NCBI GenBank assembly: GCA_950097015.1
Contig: CATNEN010000038.1
Coordinates: 21,886,001 to 21,950,000 of the forward strand
Direction: 5' to 3'
DNA: 64,000 nt
DNA from: Macrostomum hystrix
Lineage: Eukaryota > Animalia > Platyhelminthes
Shown one piece after another: positions 40,688-52,400 of the stretch. The first letter of the stretch is position 1, and the number at the start of each line of letters is the position of its first letter. The notes below the pieces were generated by a model. The model was given only the letters and a program-made list of their open reading frames with translations, searched no databases and was not told where the DNA came from. A program made the translations under genes and the position numbers.

Positions 40688-41078
40688 CTGACCAATCAGG
40701 AACGGGGCTGTTTTATCGGTAAGCTGACCAATCAGGAACGGGGCTGTTTTATCGGTAGGCTGACCGATCAGGAACGGGACTGTTTTATTGTTAAACTAAC
40801 CAATCAGGAGCGGGGCTGCTTTATTGTTAAGCTGACCAATCAGGAGCGGGGCTGCTTTATTGTTAAGCTGACCAATTAGGAGCCGGGCTGCTTTATTGTT
40901 AAGCTGACCAATCAGGAGTGGGGCTGCTTTATTGTTAAACTGACCAATCAGGAGCGGGGCTGTTTTATTTGTAGGCTGACCAATAAGGAGCGGGGTCTGT
41001 TTTATCGGTTAGCTGACCAATAAGGAGCGGGGTCTGTTTTATCGGTAAGCTGACCAATCAGGAACGCGGGCTCGTTTT
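40688..41078. repeat. About 36-bp CCAAT-box minisatellite upstream of the NUPR1-like gene
   Basis: Unit ctgaccaatcaggagcggggctgctttattgttaag, about 11 copies. Confidence 0.93.
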
Positions 41079-41236
41079 TGGTAGGCTAAAAAATAAGAAA
41101 TTATCAATTTAACAACTTATTGTCAGACCAATTTGTGGCCAGTAAAGCTTAATATAAATATTTAAGAAAATGATATAGCTTCAATTTCTCTTCTCTAAAC
41201 GCTTCTGTTTGCAGACAAAGCAGTCTAACTGAAACC

Positions 41237-41500
41237 ATGGCCTCCAATCTCCCTGAATACGAAGAGTACAATTACAATGCCGATCGTTACCTAGGCGGCA
41301 AAGGTGGCAAAGGTAGATCGAAACGCGACGCTGCCGAACACAAGCTTGGCGGGACAGGCGGAAGGCGGGCGGAGCGCATTGCTGTGCAAAAATTGCGCAA
41401 CAATCGTCTGAATAACATGGCGGCCATTCTGCAGCCAGGACCAAAGACTGCCGCCACTGCTGCTACTGCTAATGAGGCCATCGACATTGATAAGATCTAA
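41237..41500 (+). CDS. NUPR1: Nuclear protein 1 (p8) family protein
   Basis: EYEEYNYNADRYLGGKGGKGRSKRDAAEH...ERIAVQKLRN matches the p8 pattern YLGGGGRKGRTKREAA...HERKLVTKLQN. Acceptor tttgcag at 41214. Confidence 0.85.
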   Translation: MASNLPEYEEYNYNADRYLGGKGGKGRSKRDAAEHKLGGTGGRRAERIAVQKLRNNRLNNMAAILQPGPKTAATAATANEAIDIDKI

Positions 41501-41707
41501 CCCTACCCATTTTTACTAGACATTTTGCAACTTTAACACTTTTTTGGTAAAAAGGAATCGAACAATAGTTCCTTGAGTGCGTCATTATGTACATTTCAGT
41601 CATGAATGATTCTGTAAGTTGTCTTTGTTCGCCAATGGTTGATCAACTTAATCAATTGTCCTCCTTCGAGTAAACAGTAATATATGGTCATTGGTCACTT
41701 TTAATCT

Positions 41708-42710
41708 GTGTCCTGAAGTATTGGTGGAGTATAACAGCCAGTGTCCTGAAGTATTGGTGGAGTATAACAGCCAGTGTCCTGAAGTATTGGTGGAGTATAA
41801 CAGCCAGTGTCCTGAAGTATTGGTGGAGTATAACAGCCAGTGTCCTGAAGTATTGCTGGAGTATAACAGCCAGTGTCCTGAAGTATTGCTGGAGTATAAC
41901 AGCCAGTGTCCTGAAGTATTGGTGGAGTATAACAGCCAGTGTCCTGAAGTATTGGTGGAGTATAACAGCCAGTGTCCTGAAGTATTGGTGGAGTATAACA
42001 GCCAGTGTCCTGAAGTATTGGTGGAGTATAACAGCCAGTGTCCTGAAGTATTGGTGGAGTATAACAGCCAGTGTCCTGAAGTATTGGTGGAGTATAACAG
42101 CCAGTGTCCTGAAGTATTGCTGGAGTATAACAGCCAGTGTCCTGAAGTATTGGTGGAGTATAACAGCCAGTGTCCTGAAGTATTGCTGGAGTATAACAGC
42201 CAGTGTCCTGAAGTATTGCTGGAGTATAACAGCCAGTGTCCTGAAGTATTGGTGGAGTATAACAGCCAGTGTCCTGAAGTATTGCTGGAGTATAACAGCC
42301 AGTGTCCTGAAGTATTGCTGGAGTATAACAGCCAGTGTCCTGAAGTATTGGTGGAGTATAACAGCCAGTGTCCTGAAGTATTGGTGGAGTATAACAGCCA
42401 GTGTCCTGAAGTATTGCTGGAGTATAACAGCCAGTGTCCTGAAGTATTGCTGGAGTATAACAGCCAGTGTCCTGAAGTATTGCTGGAGTATAACAGCCAG
42501 TGTCCTGAAGTATTGCTGGAGTATAACAGCCAGTGTCCTGAAGTATTGCTGGAGTATAACAGCCAGTGTCCTGAAGTATTGGTGGAGTATAACAGCCAGT
42601 GTCCTGAAGTTTTGGTGGAGTATAACAGCCAGTGTCCTGAAGTATTGGTGGAGTATAACAGCCAGTGTCCTGAAGTATTGGTGGAGTATAACAGCCAGTG
42701 TCCTGAAGTT
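41708..42710. repeat. 33-bp intergenic minisatellite (about 30 near-identical copies)
   Basis: Unit cagtgtcctgaagtattg(g/c)tggagtataacagc. Confidence 0.98.
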
Positions 42711-43197
42711 AAGATTAACTTGCATGTTTGATTGTCTATTTTTCTTTGACAAATGTAGGCCGGTAGTTAAGAGTACACTTTTATTCCTTAGAATGTCAGT
42801 CAGCTTTTGAATATTGCTTTTTTGTATATTTATATCGTTTACATATCGGCTTGTTTCATCATTAAAAGTCCACTTTTTCTTTCTTGGCAAAAGTACATTT
42901 GTACATATGCACAAACTTAAGCAGGTGATTTTTCACTATCGAGCATTCAATCGAAATCTTTCAATACTTTTTGCAGTTTTTTTAACGCATTGCTGGTGTT
43001 TTTTGCTTTTCTTTTTGTTCAAATATTCAGATTTTAGTTATTCGCTACCTTTTAAGTCCAGTGTTTTCAGCAATAGATTTGAACTAAGTTATATACAACT
43101 GTATTCGTTAGTTAATCTATTGTTTCAATTACCTAGATTGTCTTGTTTATTTAGCAAAAATAACTGTAGCTTCCCGCCACAATACTCTAATGCTACT

Positions 43198-44121
43198 CCA
43201 TGCCGTTCTCCCCATCCACATCCTCATCCCATGCCATTGCCATTCTCCCCTTCATGATCCTCATCCGATGCCATTGCCATTCTCCCCATCCACATCCTCA
43301 TCCCATGCTATTGCCATTCTCCCCATCCACATCCTCATCCCATGCCATTGCCATTCTCCCCATCCACATCCTCATCCCATGCCATTGCCATTCTCCCCTT
43401 CATGATCCTCATCCGATGCCATTGCCATTCTCCCCATCCACATCCTCATCCCATGCTATTGCCATTCTCCCCATCCACATCCTCATCCCATGCCATTGCC
43501 ATTCTCCCCATCCACATCCTCATCCCATGCCATTGCCATTCTCCCCTTCCACATCCTCATCCCATGCCATTGCCATTCTCCCCATCCACATCCTCATCCC
43601 ATGCCATTGCCATTCTCCCCATGCACATCCTCATCCCATGCCATTGCCATTCTCCCCATGCACATCCTCATCCCATGCCATTGCCATTCTCCCCTTCATG
43701 ATCCTCATCCCATGCCATTCTCTTGACCCTGATCCTCATCCAATGCCATTCTCCCCATCCAGATCCTCATCCCATGCCATTGCCATTCTCCCCATCCACA
43801 TCCTCATCCCATGCCATTGCCATTCTCCCCATCCACATCCTCATCCCATGCCATTGCCATTCTCCCCTTCATGATCCTCATCCCATGCCATTCTCTTGAC
43901 CCTGATCCTCATCCAATGCCATTCTCCCCTTCCTGATCCTCATCCCATGCCATTCTCCCCTTCCTGATCCTCATCCCATGCCATTCTCCCCTTCCTGATC
44001 CTCATCCCATGCCATTCTCCCCTTCCTGATCCTCATCCCATGCCATTCTCCCCTTCCTGATCCTCATCCCATGCCATTCTCCCCTTCCTGATCCTCATCC
44101 CATGCCATTCTCCCCTTCCTT
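43198..44121. repeat. Pyrimidine-rich intergenic minisatellite: 37-bp units changing to 31-bp units
   Basis: ccatccacatcctcatcccatgccattgccattctcc, then ccttcctgatcctcatcccatgccattctcc. Confidence 0.95.
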
Positions 44122-44273
44122 CTCTACGTCAGTCATTGAATTCCCAAAGTGCTAAAGTAAATTTCTGAATTTATTTCCCATTTCAGCGCTGCGCAAAGCT
44201 TGTGCCAGCGCTGCTTGCCGGCCGCTGTTGCCAACGGCAGTCGCCTTCGCCGATAACGCCGCTCCGGCTACAC

Positions 44274-45380
44274 ATGCTGTTAAATCTCTGCTTTCGTCGA
44301 TTACGTCGGCAAAGAGCTTATCGCCTAATCAGGCGTCAATTTGGCCTCATATGGGGCGCATTCTGCTACAATCATCATGCAGATTTCTATTACAACATTG
44401 AGACTATTATCTGGCCATTGGTACGAATCGGTGAGGCTATCGCTCATAGCCTTGGCCCACTATTAGTCTGTCTAGTCATACTACTCACCGCTTCAGTAGT
44501 ATTCATCTTCTATACTTGCCTCCTGCCGGCTGTTTATTTTGAAAGCGGTCTCCGCTGTCTATGGCACTTCCTGTTTGGCCACTGGCTGCTAACCAATATA
44601 GTGTTTCACTATTACTGCGCCGCATTCTCCGATCCGGGCTCTCCGCCTACCGGTTGCACTTTTCCCGTAGTCGGTGTCTGCCGAAGGTGCGTTGCGCCTA
44701 AACCGGCTAGGGCGCATCATTGCGCAGTGTGTCGTAAATGCGTCTTACGCATGGATCATCATTGTCCTTGGATTAACTCTTGCGTTGGATTATATAATTA
44801 CAAGCATTTCCTATTGTTCTGCTTGTACATGATGGCTGGCTGTTTGTATGTCATGCTAGTCGCATCGCCAGTTTACAAAGAGCATTTCTATAGTAGAAAT
44901 CTTGCGCCAGAACAAACTGATGACTTATCCGGAACCCCGCCAACTTCTTTGCCTAGCAACAAACTCGAGCAACAAACTTTAGAATTTCCTGAGAACGCCT
45001 TCATGTGGATATTTCAGTACACAACTGTACACCTGATGATCTATTATGAGATTGTGCTCACCTCGGCTGTAGCCTTAGTACTAGGCTGTTTATCGGCCTA
45101 CCACGTGTATTTGGCATCGCGCAATGAGACCTGCATTGAGTCGCATATTAACAGACGCATGGCTAAGTCAATGAGAGCCAAAGGACTCACTTTTAAAAAT
45201 CCCTACGATTTGGGCCTATGGCGCAATCTGGCACAGGTGCTGTGCATTGATTCGCCAGGTAGATCATTCTGGCGTCACGTACTGCTGCCTTCTACCTGCC
45301 CGCCAACTAGTGATGGATTAACTTATCCGACTACGCTAATGTCTGTTGACGATGTCATCAATGATATTTCTATTGCTTAA
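44274..45380 (+). CDS. ZDHHC16: DHHC palmitoyltransferase, ZDHHC16 type (single exon; frame is open from acceptor at 44186)
   Basis: CRRCVAPKPARAHHCAVCRKCVLRMDHHCPWINSCVG, NETCIESHIN, NPYDLG and FWRHVLLPS. The N-terminal YN...LVILLTASVV pattern is typical of ZDHHC16. Confidence 0.92.
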   Translation: MLLNLCFRRLRRQRAYRLIRRQFGLIWGAFCYNHHADFYYNIETIIWPLVRIGEAIAHSLGPLLVCLVILLTASVVFIFYTCLLPAVYFESGLRCLWHFLFGHWLLTNIVFHYYCAAFSDPGSPPTGCTFPVVGVCRRCVAPKPARAHHCAVCRKCVLRMDHHCPWINSCVGLYNYKHFLLFCLYMMAGCLYVMLVASPVYKEHFYSRNLAPEQTDDLSGTPPTSLPSNKLEQQTLEFPENAFMWIFQYTTVHLMIYYEIVLTSAVALVLGCLSAYHVYLASRNETCIESHINRRMAKSMRAKGLTFKNPYDLGLWRNLAQVLCIDSPGRSFWRHVLLPSTCPPTSDGLTYPTTLMSVDDVINDISIA

Positions 45381-45435
45381 GGATTCAACTTATATACTAA
45401 TTATCTCATTTTAGCTGGCCAAATGTAGCGAATTG

Positions 45436-45730
45436 AGGTGTTGGTTTAGTACAGGGAATGGGGTGCTGGTTAAGTATGGGAAATTGGGGTGTTGGTCTAG
45501 TACGTGGAATGGGGGTGTTGGTTAAGTATGGGGAATGGGGGTGTTGGTTAAGTATGGGGAATGGGGGTGTTGGTTAAGTATGGGGAATGAGGGTTTTGTT
45601 TAAGTACGGGTAATGGGGGTGTTGGTTAAGTACGGGGAATGGGGGTATTGGTTAAGTACGGGGAATGGGGGTATTGGTTAAGTGCGGGGAATGGGGGTGT
45701 TGGTTAAGTACGGGGAATGGGGGTGTTAGT
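45436..45730. repeat. 26-bp G-rich intergenic minisatellite
   Basis: Unit gggggtgttggttaagtatggggaat, about 11 copies. Confidence 0.95.
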
Positions 45731-46489
45731 TATATTTTTTTAAATTAAGATTTTTTAATTTTTTAACCTTGTAAGTGAGACAGTTAAAAGCAAATAAATT
45801 TCAAAATGTAACAAAAATTTGCATGTATATTTTGATTTAGTTATGCTGTTTTGCTAATCAAATTCAGTAATTTAAAGCGTTACTGACTACTGATATTCAT
45901 TGATCTAACATAAAGTAAATCATAAAGGGTGAATCGAATCGTTAATTAAATTTCATGTACTGAACAATAGTAGTTATTAGTGCAATTTGATTGATTTTTA
46001 TGGATAATTTACTCAGATGAGAATGATATTCCATACTAATAACTATGATAGTATGGTATGATACTGAGTCACTTCTGAACAATAATTGATCATAGTTGCT
46101 GTTTAGTCTTTCACTTCAATTATTAGCCAACTTACTGCGTAAGTATTGCTTCTGATATGGTTTTTTATATAAAAGTACAGACTAATTGATGTGCTTTAAG
46201 TGCATTTCTTTGTTTGCATGTTTTTATTAACCATTATGTATTCTAGTAGACGTATAGCTGGTTTAATTGTATTGTTACAAAAATTATTATAAATAAACGT
46301 TATCCAATTAATGCGAGGTTTTAACAAATTTCGTTCGCAGTCGTTTTTATTATACTACTCGAATTAGCCACTGTAGGCTCTGCTTGCAACTTTGTTTCTT
46401 AGAAAAGTTGCGGAGTCTGGTCCTATTTGCCCAATGTAAATGTGACGACATACTACTTCACTGATAAGTAGTATTTAAAACTATTTCAG

Positions 46490-49400
46490 GCGAAGCACAC
46501 CCCGCTTCCGCTGCCGCCAGACCTGCTAGACAGTGTCTGCGTCAGCGCCAACTCTCTAGCTGAGCACTGCCGTTGGATAACTCGACGTTATCGCCTGCCA
46601 GACGATTCTCCGCATCGTCTGGCCTGGTTACTGAAATCTGCCACACTGATCGACCTGACCACACTAGCTGGGGACGATTGTCCTAGCAATGTCAACCGGC
46701 TTTGTCACAAAGCTCGCAGGCCGTTCGCTTTTTCTGTGCTAGACAGATTAGAGGCTGAGCAGGGCATTAACAAGGATGAGCTGCACACGGCTGCCGTGTG
46801 TCTGTATCCCTACCAGCTGGCGACTGCCAGGTCTGCGCTAGATCAGATGTCCGCCAGCAAACGGATTAGCTTAGCCTGCGTAGCAACCGGATTTCCCAGC
46901 GGTCAATACGGATTGGATAGCCGATTAGACGAGATTCGGTGGGCTGTTAAACAGGGCGCCAACGAGGTTGACATTGTCATCAACAGGACTCTGGCCTTAC
47001 AGGTATGAGTCTTTTTTGGTGTGGTTGCTTTTATAGTCTGGCTTTGGTCTCAAATCTTCCCATGTTGTAAGTTAGGTTTTGTTAACTTTCAAGATCCCCA
47101 GGTAGGTTTTTCCAACTTCCCAGATCCCCAGGTTGGTTATTCCTAATTCCCAGATCTCCAGGTAGGTTTTTCCTAATTCCCAAATCCTCAGACAGGTTTT
47201 TCCTAATTTCCAGATCCTCAAGTAGGTTTTCTAAACTTCCCAGATCCTCAGTTAGGTATTCTAAACTTCCCAGATCCTCAGTTAGGTTTTCTAAACTTCC
47301 CAAATCCTCAGTTAGGTTTTCTAAACTTCCCAAATCCTCAGGTAGGTATTCTAAACTTCCCAGATCCTCAGGTAGGTTTTCTAAACTTCCCAAATCCTCA
47401 GGTAAGTTTCTAAACTTCCCAAATCCTCAGGTAGGTTTTCTAAACTTCCCAGATCCTCAGTTAGGTTTTCTAAACTTCCCAAAACCTCAGTTAGGTTTTC
47501 TAAACTTCCCAAATCCTCAGGTAGGTATTCTAAACTTCCCAGATCCTCAGGTAAGTTTCTAAACTTCCCAAATCCTCAGGTAGGTTTTCTAAACTTCCCA
47601 GATCCTCAGTTAGGTTTTCTAAACTTCCCAAATCCTCAGTTAGGTTTTCTAAACTTCCCAAATCCTCAGGTAGGTATTCTAAACTTCCCAGATCCTCAGG
47701 TAGGTTTTCTAAACTTCCCAAATCCTCAGGTAAGTTTCTAAACTTCCCAAATCCTCAGTTAGGTTTTCTAAACTTCCCAAAAATGAGTTAGGTATTTTTA
47801 ACTTCCCAGATCCCACATTTGGGTTGTCAGCCTCCCGGATCTTCAGATAAGCCCCATAATATTACCTACATAATATGCGGCGTATGCTACTCATAGGGCC
47901 GCTGGCTAGATGTCTACGATGAGGTGTGCGCAATGCGCCAAGCCTGCGGCCCGGACGTCTGCCTGAAGACCATCCTTGGCGTTGGAGAGTTGGCCAGCTA
48001 CGAAACAGTGTACAGAGCCAGCCTGGTCTGCATGTACGCCGGTGCGGACTTTATCAAGACTAGCACTGGAAAGGTTTGTGCGACTGAACATTCTTAGAGA
48101 TTAGATAACTTTCGCTGAACCATTCGAAAAAGGCATCGAGTTTATAGGCTCCCCCTCGGTAAATTAAAGCGAAAGGATCTGACACACTACTTCTCGAAGA
48201 AAAAAGAGTAGCGAACTAGTCAATGGCATGACATTGGGCCAATCGCAACTGTCAACCTAAGCAACCTATCAGCAACCTAACAACAACAACAACAACAAAG
48301 TACGCTGTCAGGTGGAAAAGGCAGCGTCACAGTGCACGCTTCAGAGCCTGGGCGCGAACAAAGGCCGCACCGCCAGCAGTGTCCGGGGCGCCAGCATCGG
48401 CCAGCAGGCAGTCGACGAAACGCCGAGTTCGGGCCTGGCCGCGCCGGTAGGGTGCCTGCAGCGTTAGCAGCAGCACCTCCTGCACCGGCTGCGGGCAGTA
48501 GGACTCGGCGCGGATGATGTGGCCTGCCAGCTGGAGTCGCCGAAGTCGCAGCAGTTCACTTGGACGGGCCAGGCCGGCGCGGCGATAGAGTACCGCGTTA
48601 GTGATCCGCTCGTCGCTGATCTTAAAGGCGGCACGCAGCAGGCCAGCGTGCGCCGCGTTGACTTGCTGTTCTAGCGAATCCGTCAGCGTCCACGTCTCGG
48701 CGTTGTACAACAGGACGGTCTCGACCACCGCCTGGAACAGCGCCGCCCTCTGGCGATCAGGTAGGGCCTCGGACTGCAGGACCGCCCTCACAGAACGAAA
48801 GGCAGCCCAAGCGAGCCCGCGGCGACGCCGCAGATCTTCGCGGACGTCTGGTACCAGACCGCCGAGGTAGACGAACTGCTGACAGCGCGGAAGCTCCATT
48901 ACCTGCCCGTCAGCGCTTCGGCAGAAAATTGCGGCCTCGATGTCGCTCGGCACGCAGAGCACAACGGTCTTCTTCGTGTTGACCAACAGGCCGACGCTCG
49001 CTGCAGCGCTAACCAGCTTATCCAGCTGGCGCTGGGCGTCCTCTACGGTCGAGGACAGCAGGGCGAGGTCATCGGCGTAGCCAAGCACGCTGAGCCGCTT
49101 CTCCGGTTGACGTCGACCCATGCGTCGCCGCAGTAGGAAACCGTCTTCGTCGGTAGGAAGAGCAGTTCGTAGCACCCAGTCAAGCACCAGGACGAACAGG
49201 AACGGCGCTAGAGTGTCCCCCTGGAGCACCCCGGAGGATGTCTCGAAGGGGTCCGACAGGCCGTCCGGCGTCATCACAGATGCTCTCGTAGCACAGTACA
49301 ACGCCATGATGGCGGAGATCAGCTGTTCTGGCACATGGTACGCGCGGAGCACATGTGGGAGCGCAGCCCTCGCAACCGAGTCGAAAGCCTATTTAGTGAA

Positions 49401-52400
49401 CGTTGCATACCCTAAAACGAAAAATTCTGTTGCGATGCGCTAGAACCTATCTTAGAAAAGCGAACTCCATGTCGCTAAAGATACAGACAGAATGTCGCTA
49501 CAGCAACGTCCTGACAGAATGTCTATAAATGATTGAACATTAAAGCTCTGGACAGATGAACGAGAGGCTAAGACATGCAGGACAAATGATCCAGTATATG
49601 AAAACTTCAAGAACTTCAGTCGAATCTGTTTGTCTATTAGTATTTGCCAATCGTTGTATGTATGAAGTCTGGATTTTCAAATGAAAATTGTAGTTTTTTA
49701 ATTTTTTTTGGAAAATACTTAAGGAATATGTAGACTTATTAAATTAAATAAGGAAAATACCAAATTTAAACTGAAAAACGAAACAGAGCAGAAATAATAC
49801 CAAATTATTTTTTACAATCACTAAAATTTCAAAGTACAATTATTCAGTTTCACTAGCAAAAAATTATATAAATACATAACAGTACAATTACTGTTAATTT
49901 TGCTGATTCATTTAGATTAAAAAGACGCATTTACTTTCATTTGCAAAGAAATTTAGAATAAAAAAATAATTACTGTACATTCACACTTAATTAAAAAAAG
50001 CGAAACGCGCTCAAAATGCGAAAAGTTCGACAACAAAAATTCACTTTTTTAGAAATAGTGCGAGACGCCTAGAAAGAGTCATTGCAGATGCAGAATGCAT
50101 TTTTTATAGGCATAAATAAAAGATGTGCTTTTTGCCTCGACTCCGATGCTGTGGTCTTTGATGCCCCGAACTTGGGCAACCCAGTCACGGGTTGGCGGGT
50201 CATCAAAAAACTGCACATGTAAGTGCTTTCCTCGTACAGCCAATTTTCCTTTTGGCGGGTAACAAACCATGGCCGGCCGCCATGATTCGTTTTTATATGG
50301 CCAGTAGGCAAACACTAAATCGCCCGGCTGCCAGCTGCTTATGCGGTCATTCCTGCTGCGTTTGATAGCGGCGTCCGCAGCAGTTAACGCAGTGCCGGCG
50401 GCAGAGGCTGTGCCGACCTCAGTAGCAGCGGCTGCTCCATCGTTAAAGGCTGTCGCACCAGGCTGTACCTTTTTCCGCGTCGCAGTGATTTGGCGGCGAG
50501 TAGAAGAGACGGCGGCGGAGGCTGTGCCGACCTCAGTAGCAGTGGCTGCGCCGGCGGAGGCTATGCCGACCCCAGTAGCAGTGGCTGCGCCGGCGGGAGC
50601 TATGCCGACCTCAGTAGCAGCGGCTGCTCCAGCGTTGAAGGCTGTCGCGCCAGGCTGTACCTTTCGCGTCGCAGTGATTTTGCGGCGAGTAGAAGAGGCG
50701 GCTGCGCCGGCGGCGTAGGCTGTGCCGACCTCAGTAGCAGCGGCTGCTCCATCGTTGAAGGCTGTCGCACCAGGCTGTACCTTTTCCCGCGTCGCAGTGA
50801 TTTGGCGGCGAGCAGGAGAGGCGGCGCCGTTGTCATCAGTTGCGACGATGACGGCGGAGTCGGATGCGGTCGCTGTGCCGGCCTATTATTTTAGTATAAT
50901 GTGAGGGCTTTTGATAAAATTTTACGGTTTTAAACCTGCTTTACTAGGTATAAAAGCTGAATAAAATGTATAATTCAGTTCTGTCAATACGCAAGTGAAA
51001 AGCTTTGCTCACCCGGTTGACTGAATCTTGCACCATGCGCTGAAGCACATCGCCACCAGCTTGTCTGTTCCATTCGGTGTGTACTTGATATGACTCGCGC
51101 GCCACTTTCGGCGTGTGATACAGCCGGTCGGCAACTAGTTGCGGGTCCTCGCCGGACAGCAGTGCCTAAGGGTACGACGCATATTCAAATTAATGTACTA
51201 TTTAATACGGAATCCTCTACTGAAAGTGTTAAAGTGAGATAAAAACATTTTAATAGCCAGAACTCCTCAGGTTGAGATCTAAGAAGCATTCTAAGTTGTG
51301 CAACTTCGACGAGAGAAGTGGGAAAATCTAGCAATTTAATCTATTATCGCCTGCTAGGTTCTCTGTTTGACCCACAGAGTTAATAAGGTTGTTGACCATT
51401 GATCTAGTCGGTCGTTTAATGAGTTCGATACTTCAGGTACTCACTTTCGTCTCAACAAAAATGCGAAACTCGGTGCATGTGACTTTCTTACTAGCCATAT
51501 CACAGACAACATTTAATTACTGAGCTATAACAATATAGAGATAAAAATATTTTAATTATTTCATGTATTTTTGAGGCTAGCTATTGTTTCTTAATTCGTT
51601 AAACAGATAGCTAATCATTTATTCTTACTTAGTCTATTGTATTTATTTATTGCTATTTATATTCATGAATTTATTAATTCCACCTACAATATTCCTACTG
51701 ACAATATATTACAATATTTTTATTTAATAAAAAAGACAATTAATATACGAGCTATATATTTCTAATACATTATAATATACTATAATTAGATTTTTAACTC
51801 ACCCAGACTTCTTTACAAGGCTCCTTGGCCCATTGCCGCACTTGGTCAAGAGTCAAGTTGCAGACAACATCTTGGCTATTTGCATTTCCGTTGCCGAAGC
51901 ATAAAATCATGCCAATGGCAAGCATGGCTACGTCGGAGATCCAGGTGCTGCTATCAGTGCTGGTCTCAGATTCTGCTTTAGCCAGTAGGTGGGCCTTCAT
52001 TGTCATCAAATGAGCCACCTGGTCATCAGAAATGAGCCGGGCATGCTTCTTGTCCTAGAAAGTCATTTTGAGGAAATTTGCATTAAAATGCTGTAAAAGT
52101 ATATTCTTATTGGTTCGAAAGTACTATTAATGGCTCGAGAATTTGTATAATAAAGTTTATACATTGTAATACATACAATTACTATTCATAACTTTTGCTT
52201 TGCATGTTTCTGCATTATTAATATTAAAGAAATTTTTGTATTTTGTATTTACACCTTAATTAAAAATATTTAGAATTTTATATATATTTCTTGTCACTTC
52301 CTATTGAAAATTTATACACAACCTAGATAACATGTATAAACTTATTAGCTATAGGTTAGTGAGTTTGAGCTGGTCTAGGACACCTGAATTTGACTTGTTT

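Noticed and set aside
41688-42914. 346-aa and 408-aa ORFs from the 33-bp array
   Set aside because: A unit length divisible by 3 explains the open frames on both strands; no non-repetitive coding context.
50341-50904. Plus-strand Ala-rich ORFs in DERA intron 2
   Set aside because: Antisense shadows of the minus-strand linker-PWWP exon.
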